A stretch of DNA of 64,000 nucleotides from Tetramitus jugosus (taxonomy: Eukaryota; Protista; Heterolobosea), in assembly GCA_937625935.1 (NCBI GenBank), contig OW569371.1:62001-126000 (forward strand), written 5' to 3'. Under the pieces are notes generated by a model. It saw nothing but the letters and a program-made list of their open reading frames with translations, had not been told where the DNA came from and made no database searches. Positions 1 through 12,038 of the stretch are shown piece by piece (position 1 is the first letter of the stretch; each line of letters begins with the position of its first letter). Position numbers and translations under genes: made by a program.

Positions 1-3000
1 GTCATTTTCTGAGCTAATGTCCGAGCTGTCCCAAAACCCTCCGAAAACAACATAATCTCGGCGATAAGTGCGTAATCTGGAATCATCATAGCCACAGGTC
101 TGAACAATGCTTTCAAATTATCGGGTAATTCCGTACGACCAGCATATCCTGGATTCATTGTAATAAACACACCATAGTTGGGATTCAAGTTAATATCGCG
201 ATCATCGAACAAAAAGTGGTCTTCTTTGGCCATGATAGCTCTTTGAATGATTCTCATATATTGTGCAACCACTGACAACACTTCAACGTCAATTCTATTG
301 AATTCATCAAAACATGCCCACGCTCCTGCTTGTGCAAGACCTGAAAACATTCTACTCATCATTTTAACCTTTAAGCCCTCGGAACAGTTGAATACAACAC
401 ATTGCCTCGCTAGAGCTTTCGCTAAATCTTTCACTGACTCAGTTTTGCCTGTACCTGCAGGCCCTTGAGGTGCAGCTCCCAAAAATAAATTCAACGCACC
501 CGTACAGGTCATAAAGCATCTATCTGTCAGAGGAGTAATCACTAATCTTGGTTGATTGCCTAGATATTCATAACCATAAAGGAAAGAAGCATTTCCTTGT
601 CGTATTGTACAATTATTAATGTCATCCTCCCAATAATATCTCAATTGCATTGTCCACTCAAAGTCATTTGTGCTTGAACAACCCTTGTGAATTAAACGAT
701 CAATTACATCACGGGCGTGCACATCAACAACAAGAAGTGCATTCATGATAGTTCGGTGTAAGGAATCCATGTCTGGATGCCTCACCATCCGAACCATTCC
801 CTCAATGACCCGAACAAAACGAGCTCTATATTCCTTCAAAGCATTCTTGTTTGTATCATTCTCTACTTCTGTTAATGCTTGTGACACGTCCTTTGTCCAG
901 TTGATTTGTTCGCATGTTAATATGCATTGTGCTGGGAAAGAAGTGATCCAAGAATCTCGTGAATTCTCTTCGTAAGCAAAAAGACATTCCTTCAATGTAT
1001 CGTGTAACGATTGTCTCATCATATTCTCCACATTTTGAAGCCAATACTCAACATTTCCCTGTGGAATCACTGGTTGACTAAACTCGACACGCTCTCCTTC
1101 TGCGCTCAACATGGCCAATATTTCACTCCTGCTGTCTTCCTTGAAATGTAAACTCTTAATATTATCAAAGCATTTGCTCAAATGTGGCTGTACTGCCCGA
1201 GGCTCTCTTGTTTGCGATAGAATTTCCAATAATTCATCGTTGGACAAGAAGAAGAAACGAGGAAAGGCTTCTCTCTTTGTTTCTAGGAAATCTTCTAAAT
1301 TTTTTTGAACTTCTTCTAGAATCTCATTACACCGAGTTAGTGTGCTCAGTACATTCTCTTCATTGGTCTGTTCAACAACATTCCGATTCATATTTGTCCT
1401 CGCCATCAAGCCCCGAAACTCATTATCGACTGAGGAGAATTTTGCAGCCTCTTCATGAAGTTGTCTCTTGATATCATCAGAGCTAAAGATGAACTCTAGG
1501 TAGGCCCAATTCTTCTGGCATGTTAGCCACTCTTCAAGAACGTCAGCTACATTTGACAGTTTGGTCTCCCATTCTTCAACTCGTTTCTTCACACCAACAA
1601 TGTATTGAGATGCCAAAACGGTTTGCAATAGTACTTGGTTATCCTCTAATAGCTGGAAAATATGCTCTGTTGATCCCAGTATAAATACATCCTTCTGTTT
1701 TCGATATTGTACAATTGTAAACTCCATTCCCTTCCATGAGTTTTCAATTTTATCCAAAATATTTGTCAACTCAGCCTCACCTGTAGCCATGGAAGATATC
1801 TCGGATATTAAATCTTTACATTCGAAAATTCCGATCTTAGCCAACGTTTGAAGATCGTACGATGTAAAATTTTCATCTCTTCCCATTCCTTTGAAAATTT
1901 GTTGCCAATGATATGCCTTCATGTCAGAATTTCCTATCATAAGAATAACAGGCATTTTATCTCTCCACAATTTCACACTGTTGAGCAACTCTTGCGTGAC
2001 TTCATCTTTGATTTGGGGATCTCGATTCAGGTTGTGTGCAGTACCAAAGAATTGTTGAACCTGCTTTTCGATATCCCTCACATCTAACTTCTGGATATCT
2101 GTCGAGTCCCACTTCGCAGTACAGGCAGTAAAGTCATCAATTGTTTGCCAAACCTTCCTGCGTGTTTGATACAATTTTTCTACATCCTTCAAGTTTGACC
2201 ATTCTTTTGATTTTATGTCAAACAATTCTTGATACCGGGAATATCGGATTGTACTGACCTTCATCTCATGTATTTCCATTCCTAAAGCATCCAGCTTCTC
2301 CAATACTTCAGCTGTATCAACTTCTGTAGAACTATAATTTGTTTTTAGGTCAGCAATGGTGTTGAATAAGGATCTATTCACATCATCAATCTCCTTATTC
2401 AATTCTGTTGTTTTTTCAGCTAGGTGTTGGTAACGGAATTCATTAGCTTCCTCAATACACTTTGTAAACTCTTCACAATTTTCTCGCAATTGATCATGTT
2501 CAACAGAATCCTGCAATGAGATTTCAACTTTGTTGGCCTTCGCAAGCTCGTACATTTTTTCAACCTCTTCAGCTTTTGTCATCAACTCTCGAGATTCCTG
2601 CTCCACTGTTTTGAGAATTTCAATAAACAGTGCAAAATCATCCAATTTTGCAGGTTCTTCCTTCAAACTCTTGACGCGTTTCTTTAACTCAATGTTTAGC
2701 TCACTGCACATATGACTTGATGACTTATTGATAGCCTTTCGAATTTGCTTCATAATATCCTTCATAACTGGCTCCAGTGAACTTCGAAGTTGTTTACTAT
2801 CGACGTACAGTATGCCCAACTCCTGACTCACAATCATCCTCTTCAAATCATCGAGAGCATCATTAACCTTATTCAAGTCAGATGAAAACTGAACCACTGT
2901 GTGTTCTATTTGGGCATATCTCGTTGCGTCCCACTCTTTTCCAAAAACAAACCACTTTTTTAACTTATCAAACGATGAGCCATGAGATATGGCTTTTGCA

Positions 3001-5246
3001 AAATCGATTTGGAGCATCTTTTCAATTTGCACTCGCACTGAAGTAAACACTTCATCAGTATGTATTACCTTATCAACATGGAGGTGCTGGTTCATTTCGT
3101 CATTCATTCCTACATTCTTCATCTTATTTAAACTACCGAAATATATCTTAAACCTTCGCATATATAACAGCCGAGGAACTTGATTGACAACCAAAATCAT
3201 CTCTTCAGAATTTCTTCTGAACATCCTCAGTATGTCAATTTCTCCCGGTTGGAATAGGATATCACTACTGTCTTGAAACAATAGGAAAACCTGGAACAAT
3301 ATTTGTTCTTTCTGCAGTTGCAACTTAAATGAACTGAGAGTATCTTTACACAACGTGACAAGCGACTCTACACACATATAGTCACAAAGACGAATAAAAT
3401 TACCGAGCATGTCAGCTTCTTCCTTTGCTTTCTTCAATGCTCGAGCCCGTTCTTGTGCCTCTCTCTTGGCATCTACCATTGACTTACTCTTTTTTGTGAT
3501 GTAGTTGTCCTCAGTCTCAACAGAAGGGATCGTTCCTTTCAAATAAGCCTCAATATTGTCAGACGAATTCATATCAGGTATGCGAGAACGAGCCGTAACA
3601 CTCTCACATAGCTGTACAAGCATTGTTTCAATAGTTTCAATAGTCGATTGGAACTCTTGCGCAGATTGAGTTCTCTTGTTTTGTTGCCCTTTGAGAAACT
3701 CTTCAATGCGATATGAGGACTCTGACTTGCGATTCTCGTCAGGTTTCTCCATAATATTAATATCCTGAAGCTCGCATGCAAGTCGGTTAATTTTCATGAG
3801 AGTAGGACTGAAAGAGTGTTTCGCCAAGAAGTATGTCTTAGCCAACTGCGTTCTTCTCTTGGCATATTTTAAATAATGTGAATTTTTGTACCATAACCTG
3901 AAACATCGGTGTACGAGGTAATACTTGAAAAATCGAATTCTACGCAGAACATTGAATGTTGTAGACTCTTTCATCCAATCAGACAAGGAAATATATTCGG
4001 TTGGTTGGTTTGGTTGCACATGGACCACTCCTGTGGCTGACATTGTGAAATGTTCAGCATTAACTTCTTCTCGTGATACAACCACGAGATCGTAAGGTCG
4101 ATAATCCTTGGAACGATCACTGACTGCCCCCTCTACCCTGTTCAAGTAAACAAACTTAACAGCAGCTATGCCATCAAGGGTTAGATATCTTCCTTACTAT
4201 GCAACAACCAAATACTCCAGATAGGTGATACATACTATTCTTTCCTGCTTTACTGAAAAATGCAATAGCATCCTCTCCTGTTCTCAACTTTGAAATTTCT
4301 ACTTCGTCGTCTGGGGCGATCCGAGTCTCGCCAACCTCTTTCACCTCTCCTGAATTACCCTAAAGAATGATGTTTAGCTTTATCAAAAGGTTAAAAAAAC
4401 AACAAAAGAGATTGGTAATAGTAGTTCCTACCTCTGTTTTAAACGAATTGCTTGTCTCCGATAACAATAAGTTCGATGGCGGCTTATCCTTCAGAAACAC
4501 TTCTCTCAAATAGGGTAATCTAGTCGAGAGAGAAGCAAGGGGTGCTTCACCTGATGAAACAGACCCAGGTGTCCTCGGAAATGAATGATTCCAAGATGTT
4601 TTGCGTTGATAGTTGGCTGAAGCTGTAACATTGTTCATAATTGCTTGTTGTTGCAGAGTATTCATGTGTGCGTGGATGTTAGGGTTGTTATTGTTCAAAC
4701 CTGACTTATTCTTTCCCGGGGTGGAAATACCAGTGGCTCTCCACTCCTCAATAGAGATTCCGGATGTATCAGAATTCATTTTCTTTCTCTTGGGAGGTGG
4801 TGCGTTCGCTCTGCTTACTTGTTCGTTGTTCACTTCCAGGGCACTTGGAGCTTTCATATTCAAAATATCAAAATCATGAACATTTGAAATATCAAACGAA
4901 TAGATGCTAGTTGTACTATCCATGGTCAACTGTTCGGCCAAAAATGTGCAACTGTGTCAGTTGTGAACCATTTCAAACATTACACAAATCATTGCATAGT
5001 ACCTTAAATTGATCATTTGTTTGAAATTCTTCATTTGTGTCGTAATATTCGCCCTCTTCTTCATTTGATAGAGGTGGTAATTTAGTTTGAGAACGAACTC
5101 TCTTTGGTCTATAGGGAGCTGCAGTATTGTACGCAAGGTATTGGAGTGAGAAGCTGGAGATACGAGATCTGGTGAGTGTCACGAAACATCATACCTTTTC
5201 CTTTCCTTGACTTATCTCTGAATGAGTACTCGTAGTTATGGTACAT
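1..5246 (-). CDS. Axonemal dynein heavy chain (single-headed inner-arm, DNAH6-like), 5' part; runs off window start
   Basis: Manual minus-strand translation gives AAA1 motifs GAAPQGPAGTGKTESVKDLAKALA, WACFDEFNRI and FITMNPGYAGRTELPDNLKALFRPVAMMIPDY, plus the tail motif TAVKFVYLNR. In-frame GT-AG introns at 4166-4235 and 4360-4431. Further introns are likely near 4950-5002 and 5154-5194. The start codon is uncertain (ATG at 5246 is one option). Confidence 0.93.
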
Positions 5247-5475
5247 CTCTGGGAGCACAACAACAACAAACAATACTTGAAGTGGTTTTAGGCGAGTTTT
5301 TTCGTCGTAGTTGGAATCGGCGCCAAAAACGCATTCCCAAAACTATGAAATCTCTGACTACCCGCTCAAAAAGCTAACACCAAAATACACAAGAAGACAC
5401 AAACAAATAATAAAATATTTCGAATTATCATACCATTTTATTTCGTTACTATGAGGCGCCACAATATTCATTGCA

Positions 5476-6936
5476 TTACATTTCGTCCAAAACCAAATCC
5501 ATAACAGCCAAAACATATTCGACATCTTCTGGGGTGATGCACATTGGAGGCTTCACTCTCAAAACGTTGCCATATAGGCCACCCTTGCCTACCAAGACAC
5601 CATAATCCTTCATTCTTTCAAACAAGAATGCAGTCTCTTGAGTTGCAGGCTCCTTGGTCTTGCGATCCTTGACCAATTCAACACCAAGCATGAGACCCAT
5701 ACCTCTGACATCACCAATAATGTCATACTTCTCCTTCAACTTCTCCAAGCCATCCTTGAATTGCTTACCGACAATCAAGGAATTTTGTTGCAACTTGTCC
5801 TCATCAATGACTTTCAGAGTAGCACGACCAATTGCGGATGACACTGGATTACCACCATATGTGTTGAAGTGGATACGCTCCTTCAAAGTACGAGCAATCT
5901 CTGGTGTTGTAGTCACAGCAGCCAAAGGAGCACCATTACCGATACCCTTAGCCATAGTGACAATATCTGGAGTGACTCCATGGGTTTCAAAGCCCCAGTA
6001 ATGAGTACCACATCTACCGAAACCAGTTTGGACTTCATCGGCAATGCAGAGACCACCATGTTGTCTCACAGTCTGATACACTTGCTTCAAGTATCCTGGT
6101 GGTGGAACGTTAGTACCACCGACGCCTTGAATTGGTTCACAAATGAACGCAGCAACCTTTCCAGGAGTTCCATGCTCAATCAAATTCTTGACATCCCATG
6201 CATACTTTTCTGCAGCACTCTCAGGAGCAAAATCAGAGAATGGACCTCTGTACATGTCAGGATTCAAAGCATGGTGAATTCCTTGCCCGTGACTCACTGG
6301 ATACTTCCAAGTGTGCAGAGCAGTGAGTCCCATCGTACCTTGACTCATACCGTGATAAGCATTTCTCAATGCGACAATCTCCGAGTTACCAGTGTACAAT
6401 CTAGCCATCAACATGGCCAAATCATTGGCCTCACTACCTGAATTCACAAAGTAGGTCACCTTCAAGTTGGAGTCCTTTGGGAACTTGGCTGCCAATTCCT
6501 CAGCAAACAATGCAATCTCTGGATGATAATAAATGGTAGTTGTGTGCATCAGTTTGGCCATTTGATCCTGACCAGCCTTGATAATCTTTGGATGACAGTG
6601 ACCTGCGCTCACAGTGACAATTCCACCAAAAACATCCAAGTATCTCTTACCATTCTCATCATACAAGTATTGCATGTTGCCTTGGACAAGCATGATAGGC
6701 TTCTTGTAATAGGTCAACAGAGCTGGTGAAAGGAATTGAGATCTCTTTGTCTCGACTTCCTCCTTGGTTGGACCAGTGTAAGGTGCTGGAGTGAAGGAAG
6801 TGGCTGGCATTTCAGGCAACACTGGCTCAACAGCTCCTCTCATTGTTCTGACCTGTTGTTGTTGCATGAGAGCTCTTTGCTTTTGGATGATGGAACGTGC
6901 ACCACCGCTCTTCATTAATCTGCTTTGCATAAACAT
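5476..6936 (-). CDS. AGXT2: Alanine--glyoxylate aminotransferase 2 (class III PLP aminotransferase), mitochondrial
   Basis: [42 protein letters not shown] (PLP lysine) and HFNTYGGNP; Arg/Ser-rich, acid-free N-terminus resembling a presequence. Confidence 0.92.
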   Translation of the reverse strand: MFMQSRLMKSGGARSIIQKQRALMQQQQVRTMRGAVEPVLPEMPATSFTPAPYTGPTKEEVETKRSQFLSPALLTYYKKPIMLVQGNMQYLYDENGKRYLDVFGGIVTVSAGHCHPKIIKAGQDQMAKLMHTTTIYYHPEIALFAEELAAKFPKDSNLKVTYFVNSGSEANDLAMLMARLYTGNSEIVALRNAYHGMSQGTMGLTALHTWKYPVSHGQGIHHALNPDMYRGPFSDFAPESAAEKYAWDVKNLIEHGTPGKVAAFICEPIQGVGGTNVPPPGYLKQVYQTVRQHGGLCIADEVQTGFGRCGTHYWGFETHGVTPDIVTMAKGIGNGAPLAAVTTTPEIARTLKERIHFNTYGGNPVSSAIGRATLKVIDEDKLQQNSLIVGKQFKDGLEKLKEKYDIIGDVRGMGLMLGVELVKDRKTKEPATQETAFLFERMKDYGVLVGKGGLYGNVLRVKPPMCITPEDVEYVLAVMDLVLDEM

Positions 6937-7252
6937 CCTTATTTTTTAATTAATGATAATGTGTAATGTACAAGTGTGAGGTTGGTATACTACAGATGAT
7001 GATTTTGATTGCGTTTTTGTTGTTGTTGTGTGGAAAAAAGAAAAGCGAGAGTTGGCCAGCAGTTCCCCCTTTTAACAAAACACGCATTGTGCACCTCCAT
7101 GTCATCCCAACAGCAAAAAATCAGATCACATCTTGGGATTACAACAAAGAGAGGAGAAACTCACGGAGAAAAAAATGATGATCGGCAGCATTAAATTTTC
7201 CCACCCTACCATGCACAACACAACAAAACCCGATCACAAAAACAAAGACAAA

Positions 7253-8044
7253 ATGTCAAACAACTTAATCCTCCATGGTAACATGTTATCTCAGCCCACT
7301 AGAGTTATTCTGTGGTACTGTCACCTCAATCATATCCCCATCCAATTCAAAAACGTGCAACTACACAAGGCAGAACACAAATCACCTCAATTTCTCAAAT
7401 GGAATCCAAACGGAAAAATTCCAGTTCTCGAACATGCACAGGAATCATCATTTTATCTGTTTGAGTCACAAGCCATTGTTCACTATTTGAGAAGATTGTT
7501 CATTGTGGAACAACACAGTCATTGGTACCCTGAACCATCGTCTGTCATTGATGCGACATTGTCCAACATTCAACAAATTGCAAAAATTGATAGTTATTTG
7601 AGTTGGCATCAGAATCATTTTAGACCAGGTGTCGCAGGCTACGCGTTTGCAAAATATATTGGACCTAGTTCATTTGGTAGAAAATTTACTGAGGAGCAAG
7701 TCAAGAATGCACATGTATTGTGCTTGCAACAATTGCAACAATTGAATGATTATTGGTTGACAAACAGCAGTACTAATAATGATCAGCGCTCCATGTTTAT
7801 CAGTGGTGCAGCTGAGCCATCGATTGCTGACTTGTTTTGTTACAGTGAATTGGCACAGTTGATGATTGTGGATGAATGGAATGCAAAGAGTGGTCAATTT
7901 TCAACTGCTCCTCTCGTTGCACCCTATCAGAATGTTGTGAAATGGATGAAGGAGATTGAACAGGTGAACGGATATTCCAAGATTCATGACGCCCTATTGA
8001 AAATTGCCACTAAACGATTTGGTGGTGGACAAAGTAAACTCTAA
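7253..8044 (+). CDS. Glutathione S-transferase, theta-like, with C-terminal SKL (PTS1)
   Basis: SQPTR, WNPNGKIPVL, LFESQAIVHYL and PSIADLFCYSEL; protein ends GQSKL*. ATG 7253 chosen because it follows an A/C-rich leader. Confidence 0.88.
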   Translation: MSNNLILHGNMLSQPTRVILWYCHLNHIPIQFKNVQLHKAEHKSPQFLKWNPNGKIPVLEHAQESSFYLFESQAIVHYLRRLFIVEQHSHWYPEPSSVIDATLSNIQQIAKIDSYLSWHQNHFRPGVAGYAFAKYIGPSSFGRKFTEEQVKNAHVLCLQQLQQLNDYWLTNSSTNNDQRSMFISGAAEPSIADLFCYSELAQLMIVDEWNAKSGQFSTAPLVAPYQNVVKWMKEIEQVNGYSKIHDALLKIATKRFGGGQSKL

Positions 8045-8542
8045 CAAATCAAAATTCGATACAAGAGTAGCAGCTGCTTCGATACAACGTTAATAGTTGT
8101 AAAATAATGTAATGAATTAGTTCCTTTTGTTGCTTACCAGACCATATTGAAACTACCGCAGACAAAGAGGGACTCCTTGTACAAACTACGCTGTAATCAT
8201 CGTAATTCTATTTAAACATACACCAATTTGGTCGTAACTACTTTTCCACTGGTTTGACCACTGGAGCAATGAGATTCTCATAAACCAAAACTCCAATAAC
8301 ATCTTATTCGATCATGTCACACCTTCATTTTCTGATTACGTTGAAAGAATTTAATGGTCTCTCCAACATCTCGCAAACGATACTACAAAATGATTGACTC
8401 AGGTTCCATCTCTTTATCACGCTTTGTAATACACCTATTCTTGCAATTATTTCTCCTTCCAAAAGTCGCTTGTCGTAATTTATCAATTCGATAAAAAGTC
8501 GCTTAGATCGTGTGAAATAGTTTAATCAGTGAAATACCATGC

Positions 8543-9667
8543 TTACTTGCCGGACCAGAGAGGTTGTTGCCAGTCGAACATTCTCGAAATGAGATAACTT
8601 CGAACATAGTTGGTTCCCAGTTCCACTGCTACACTGAAAGGAGACACCACAGAGCCATCCAAAGAAGTATCAGTCAAACTAAAGTTCCTGAGACCTTGCA
8701 CAAAAATGGATCCATAATATCCAACTCTCATAAATGTTGACAGCAGCGATTTGTGCACTGGATTCATGTCACCCAATTGATTCATCTTTGAACCAACGTA
8801 CTTGTTCCACACGTTTTCTGCGCAGTATGTCGCAAGAGCCATTTGAGACTCTCTGGCGACCTGGTCAATAAACTGAGCGAGCACTCGCAGAGTGAGATTA
8901 TCAACTGATTGTTCCAACTGTCTTCCCGATGTTAACCTCTGCTCCCATCGATACAATCGGATCAAGTTACGAAGGACCAAGCTACCGGAATAGTTGTCCT
9001 CATGAGATGACATGTAGGGAAGGATGACTCGACCGAACACTTGCAGGGCACTCACAGACACAATCTGCAACCACAGCTTTTTGTTCATAGCCATGTTCTT
9101 CAAACCGGATTTGAGGGATTCAGATTGCAACACCATGAATCGAACATCTTTTGGCATCTCCTTGTGTTGATGCTGTGACAGATAGTATGCTACGGAAAGA
9201 GGGATCAATGCATGAGTGACACTCAACAGAGGAGATGGTTTCACTCCTCTCAAGTGCACTCGAGAAGCAAGTTCTTCGACAGCCAAGCTTGTCAACAGAC
9301 TAATACCAAAGAACTTGGTCAATTCATTCAGCGCATCATAAAAATTTCTTTCCTGCTGTTGTTCTTCTTCGCTCTCAACCAGAGCAGCAGTAGCAGCACC
9401 AGTTTGTCTCAATCTCTTCTGCTTGTCCCACTTTCTCTTCTGACGATGTGCTTCCAAACGTAATGTTCTGTAAAGGGCCATCGTACCAAACGATACGAGA
9501 GGTACGGACAATGCAACCATTCTTCTCTTACTGGGATCATCCAACAGTGATGCAATTGCCCAAAAGGATGACACAATCTTGGAACGAGATGGTTGTTTTG
9601 GTGGAAGAGAGTCAGTAGGCGCATTGTAGGACACATTGCCCTGATTGACATATTCAAATGATACCAT
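8543..9667 (-). CDS. Hypothetical membrane protein
   Basis: Open frame of about 375 codons with several hydrophobic segments; no family recognised. The apparent stop lies within GTAAGC, so a further 3' exon is possible. Confidence 0.6.
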   Translation of the reverse strand: MVSFEYVNQGNVSYNAPTDSLPPKQPSRSKIVSSFWAIASLLDDPSKRRMVALSVPLVSFGTMALYRTLRLEAHRQKRKWDKQKRLRQTGAATAALVESEEEQQQERNFYDALNELTKFFGISLLTSLAVEELASRVHLRGVKPSPLLSVTHALIPLSVAYYLSQHQHKEMPKDVRFMVLQSESLKSGLKNMAMNKKLWLQIVSVSALQVFGRVILPYMSSHEDNYSGSLVLRNLIRLYRWEQRLTSGRQLEQSVDNLTLRVLAQFIDQVARESQMALATYCAENVWNKYVGSKMNQLGDMNPVHKSLLSTFMRVGYYGSIFVQGLRNFSLTDTSLDGSVVSPFSVAVELGTNYVRSYLISRMFDWQQPLWSGK

Positions 9668-10039
9668 TCGTAGTATGAATGATTCAAATGTGTTTGTTTG
9701 ATTTGTTTTCTGCTTTTCTTTTGTTCCAGATCTCATCGTCAAAAACTACAACATCTCCATCACATGATATTTATCAGACATGTCGGATAAAATTTTATGT
9801 TTCATTCCGCAGTGTATTGGACAACCATATCTGTTGGAATCCACCACAATCCTTAAAGAGGATCACGACATGAAAACACACTAACTCCTTCACGTGTTTT
9901 TACACTGGCCATTGACTGGTGAGTGGCCCAAATCAGGATCGGAAAAATAAAGATCTTGGGAAATTCAATCATCATAAAATCACTCAGAAAGGTTCGAACA
10001 AAAAACAAACAACAACAACGCAGAGATTCGTTTCAAACC

Positions 10040-11993
10040 ATGTTGGAGTTAACACCAAACTTTATAGAGTTCACTGAGAATGAACAATTCACTCTCAAAA
10101 TCACCAACACTCTCAATGATTCGCTCGTGGCCTTCAAGTTGATGTTGACCACCCCAAAGGCCTACACTGTGAAACCAAGAATGGGCACTATTCCACCTGG
10201 AGGCTCAATTGACGTGACGAGTATGTGTTTTTCTCTTTCGCTCTTTGACGTCGTCCCCATATTGTCGCATAAAATTTTTTTTTTGGAGCGTTTGTGCGAA
10301 AAAGCTTTTTATCGTAGTACGAACGTTTGTTCATTAGCTCACACAAAATTACTCTCTCTATTTTCCCACAGTTTTCAGATTACAGCCATTTTCTCCAAAG
10401 GACAAGTTCAGAGTTCAAGGCATTTCAATCTCTCCTGATCAAGACACTCAAGATGCAGCTCTGCTAGAACAATTGTTCAAGAATGAGAAGAACAAGGATT
10501 TGATCAAGAATCATCCATTGAAAGCCAAGAGCTCAAGTGGTACTTCTGCTGATGCTGTCTCCTCCGCTACTGCATCACAAGAAGAACAACAGGAGAGAGC
10601 TTCCACACAGCAGCCACAACAAGAGGAATCGTCTTCTCTCTCATCATGGGGCTCCTGGGGTGGCGATTGGTTTAGCTCAAAGCTCGTTGATGTTGTCAGC
10701 ACGGTTCAAGACTCTGCCAATGCACTCGGTTCAAAGATTCAACACTTTGTTGATGAAGAAATTGTTGGTAGTGATGAACAACAACAACAACAGTCCAGTG
10801 GTGACAACTCGTCTGCTACGACCGCAACTTCTGCTGAAAATGACCGCACAGAGCAAGAATTGGCCAATGAAGAGTCTGTTTTCATGGATGTGATCGAAAC
10901 AGCTGAAAAGAGCTTCTTCTCATTGGTCGGATGGGGCAAGGAAACATTGGGAAAGGTGTCCGAAGCAGAAGAGATTCAAAATTTGAAGAAGGCCGCATCC
11001 AGTTTGACTCAATCCACAAAGTCTGCCACCTTGAACTTGTATGATCAAATTGCAACGAATTTGGGCATTAGAGGAGATGATGATGCACTGTTGAGAATTA
11101 CGTTTGAGGATTTGTTCAGAGAGGGAGAAGCCAGTCGATTCTATGAGGAATTGAACTCATTGTCCATGAGAAGTCAAACCCGATTGGACGCCATTTTGAA
11201 CAAGCTGAGCAAGACGGAGAGAAAGAATGCAAAGACCATTCTCAAAGCAATTGATTCATTGTTGAGCGCAGATGAGTGCTGGTCTGACACTGTTCCAACA
11301 ACAGGTGACATTGAAAACACTGCCAATGGCAAGGAATTGTTGCAATTTATTGTTCGTGCAAGAGAGAACTGTGCCAAGGTGTTGGAGAATTATCGTGAAA
11401 TGTCCAATGGAACATTGGCTGAGCAGATTCAAACAGGAATCATTGTGATTGAAAAGTTGAGAACCGAATTCTTGAGAACATTGGCTCTATTTGCCGGAAA
11501 GAACTTTGAACAAGTGGCTCAATTGAGTCAATTGGTGTACCATTCCAAGCAGTTGGACGAGTTGGAGATTCCTGCCGAGTGGACGACAGCTGAACAATCC
11601 GAAAAGGAAAAGGAGTTGAGCAAGCACGAAAGATTGGCACACATTCTGAGAAACTATTCTCTGTTTGCAACGAGCCAGCTTGTTCAAGTCGCTCAAGAGT
11701 ATGCTACTACTGCTCAAGCAGTTCAATCGATTGTTGATGCAGAGTACAACAAGGTTTCATCGGATGAAGAATCACATGAAGAAACTCAAGGTGTCACTCA
11801 TATGAGAGAGAAGGCAGTCAAGCTGGTGGCTAACTTGTTGCAACAAGATGTGCCACAATACACATCCAAAGATAGCAGCATTGTTAGAGAATCTCCACTT
11901 TTCTTTGCTCATATTTTGAAGTGCGCTGCTGCACATTCTCTCCATGTGCCTGAGCAACCACAAGCAAACACTGAAGCCGAAGCAACTACCTGA
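10040..11993 (+). CDS. MSP (VAP-type) domain fused to FAM114-like helical region; intron 10221-10371
   Basis: Exon 1 contains VAFKLMLTTPKAYTVKPRMGTIPPG (MSP signature). Splicing GTATGT...CCCACAG gives in-frame IFRLQPFSPKDKFRVQ, which continues into ORF 10473-11993. That ORF carries WGSWGGDW, VGWGKETL and FEDLFREGEASRFYEELNSLS. Confidence 0.8.
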
Positions 11994-12038
11994 ACGCTGT
12001 ACATTGAATAAAACTGCAACCGACGTTTTCTAAACATC

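Noticed and set aside
247-3781. Many short ORFs in the track over the first 4 kb
   Set aside because: They are shadow or alternative-frame ORFs of the dynein exon, which the track misses because it runs off the window.
8050-8545. Possible extra small minus-strand exons downstream of the 8543-9667 ORF
   Set aside because: Splice-like signals exist, but I could not assemble a stop-free model by hand.
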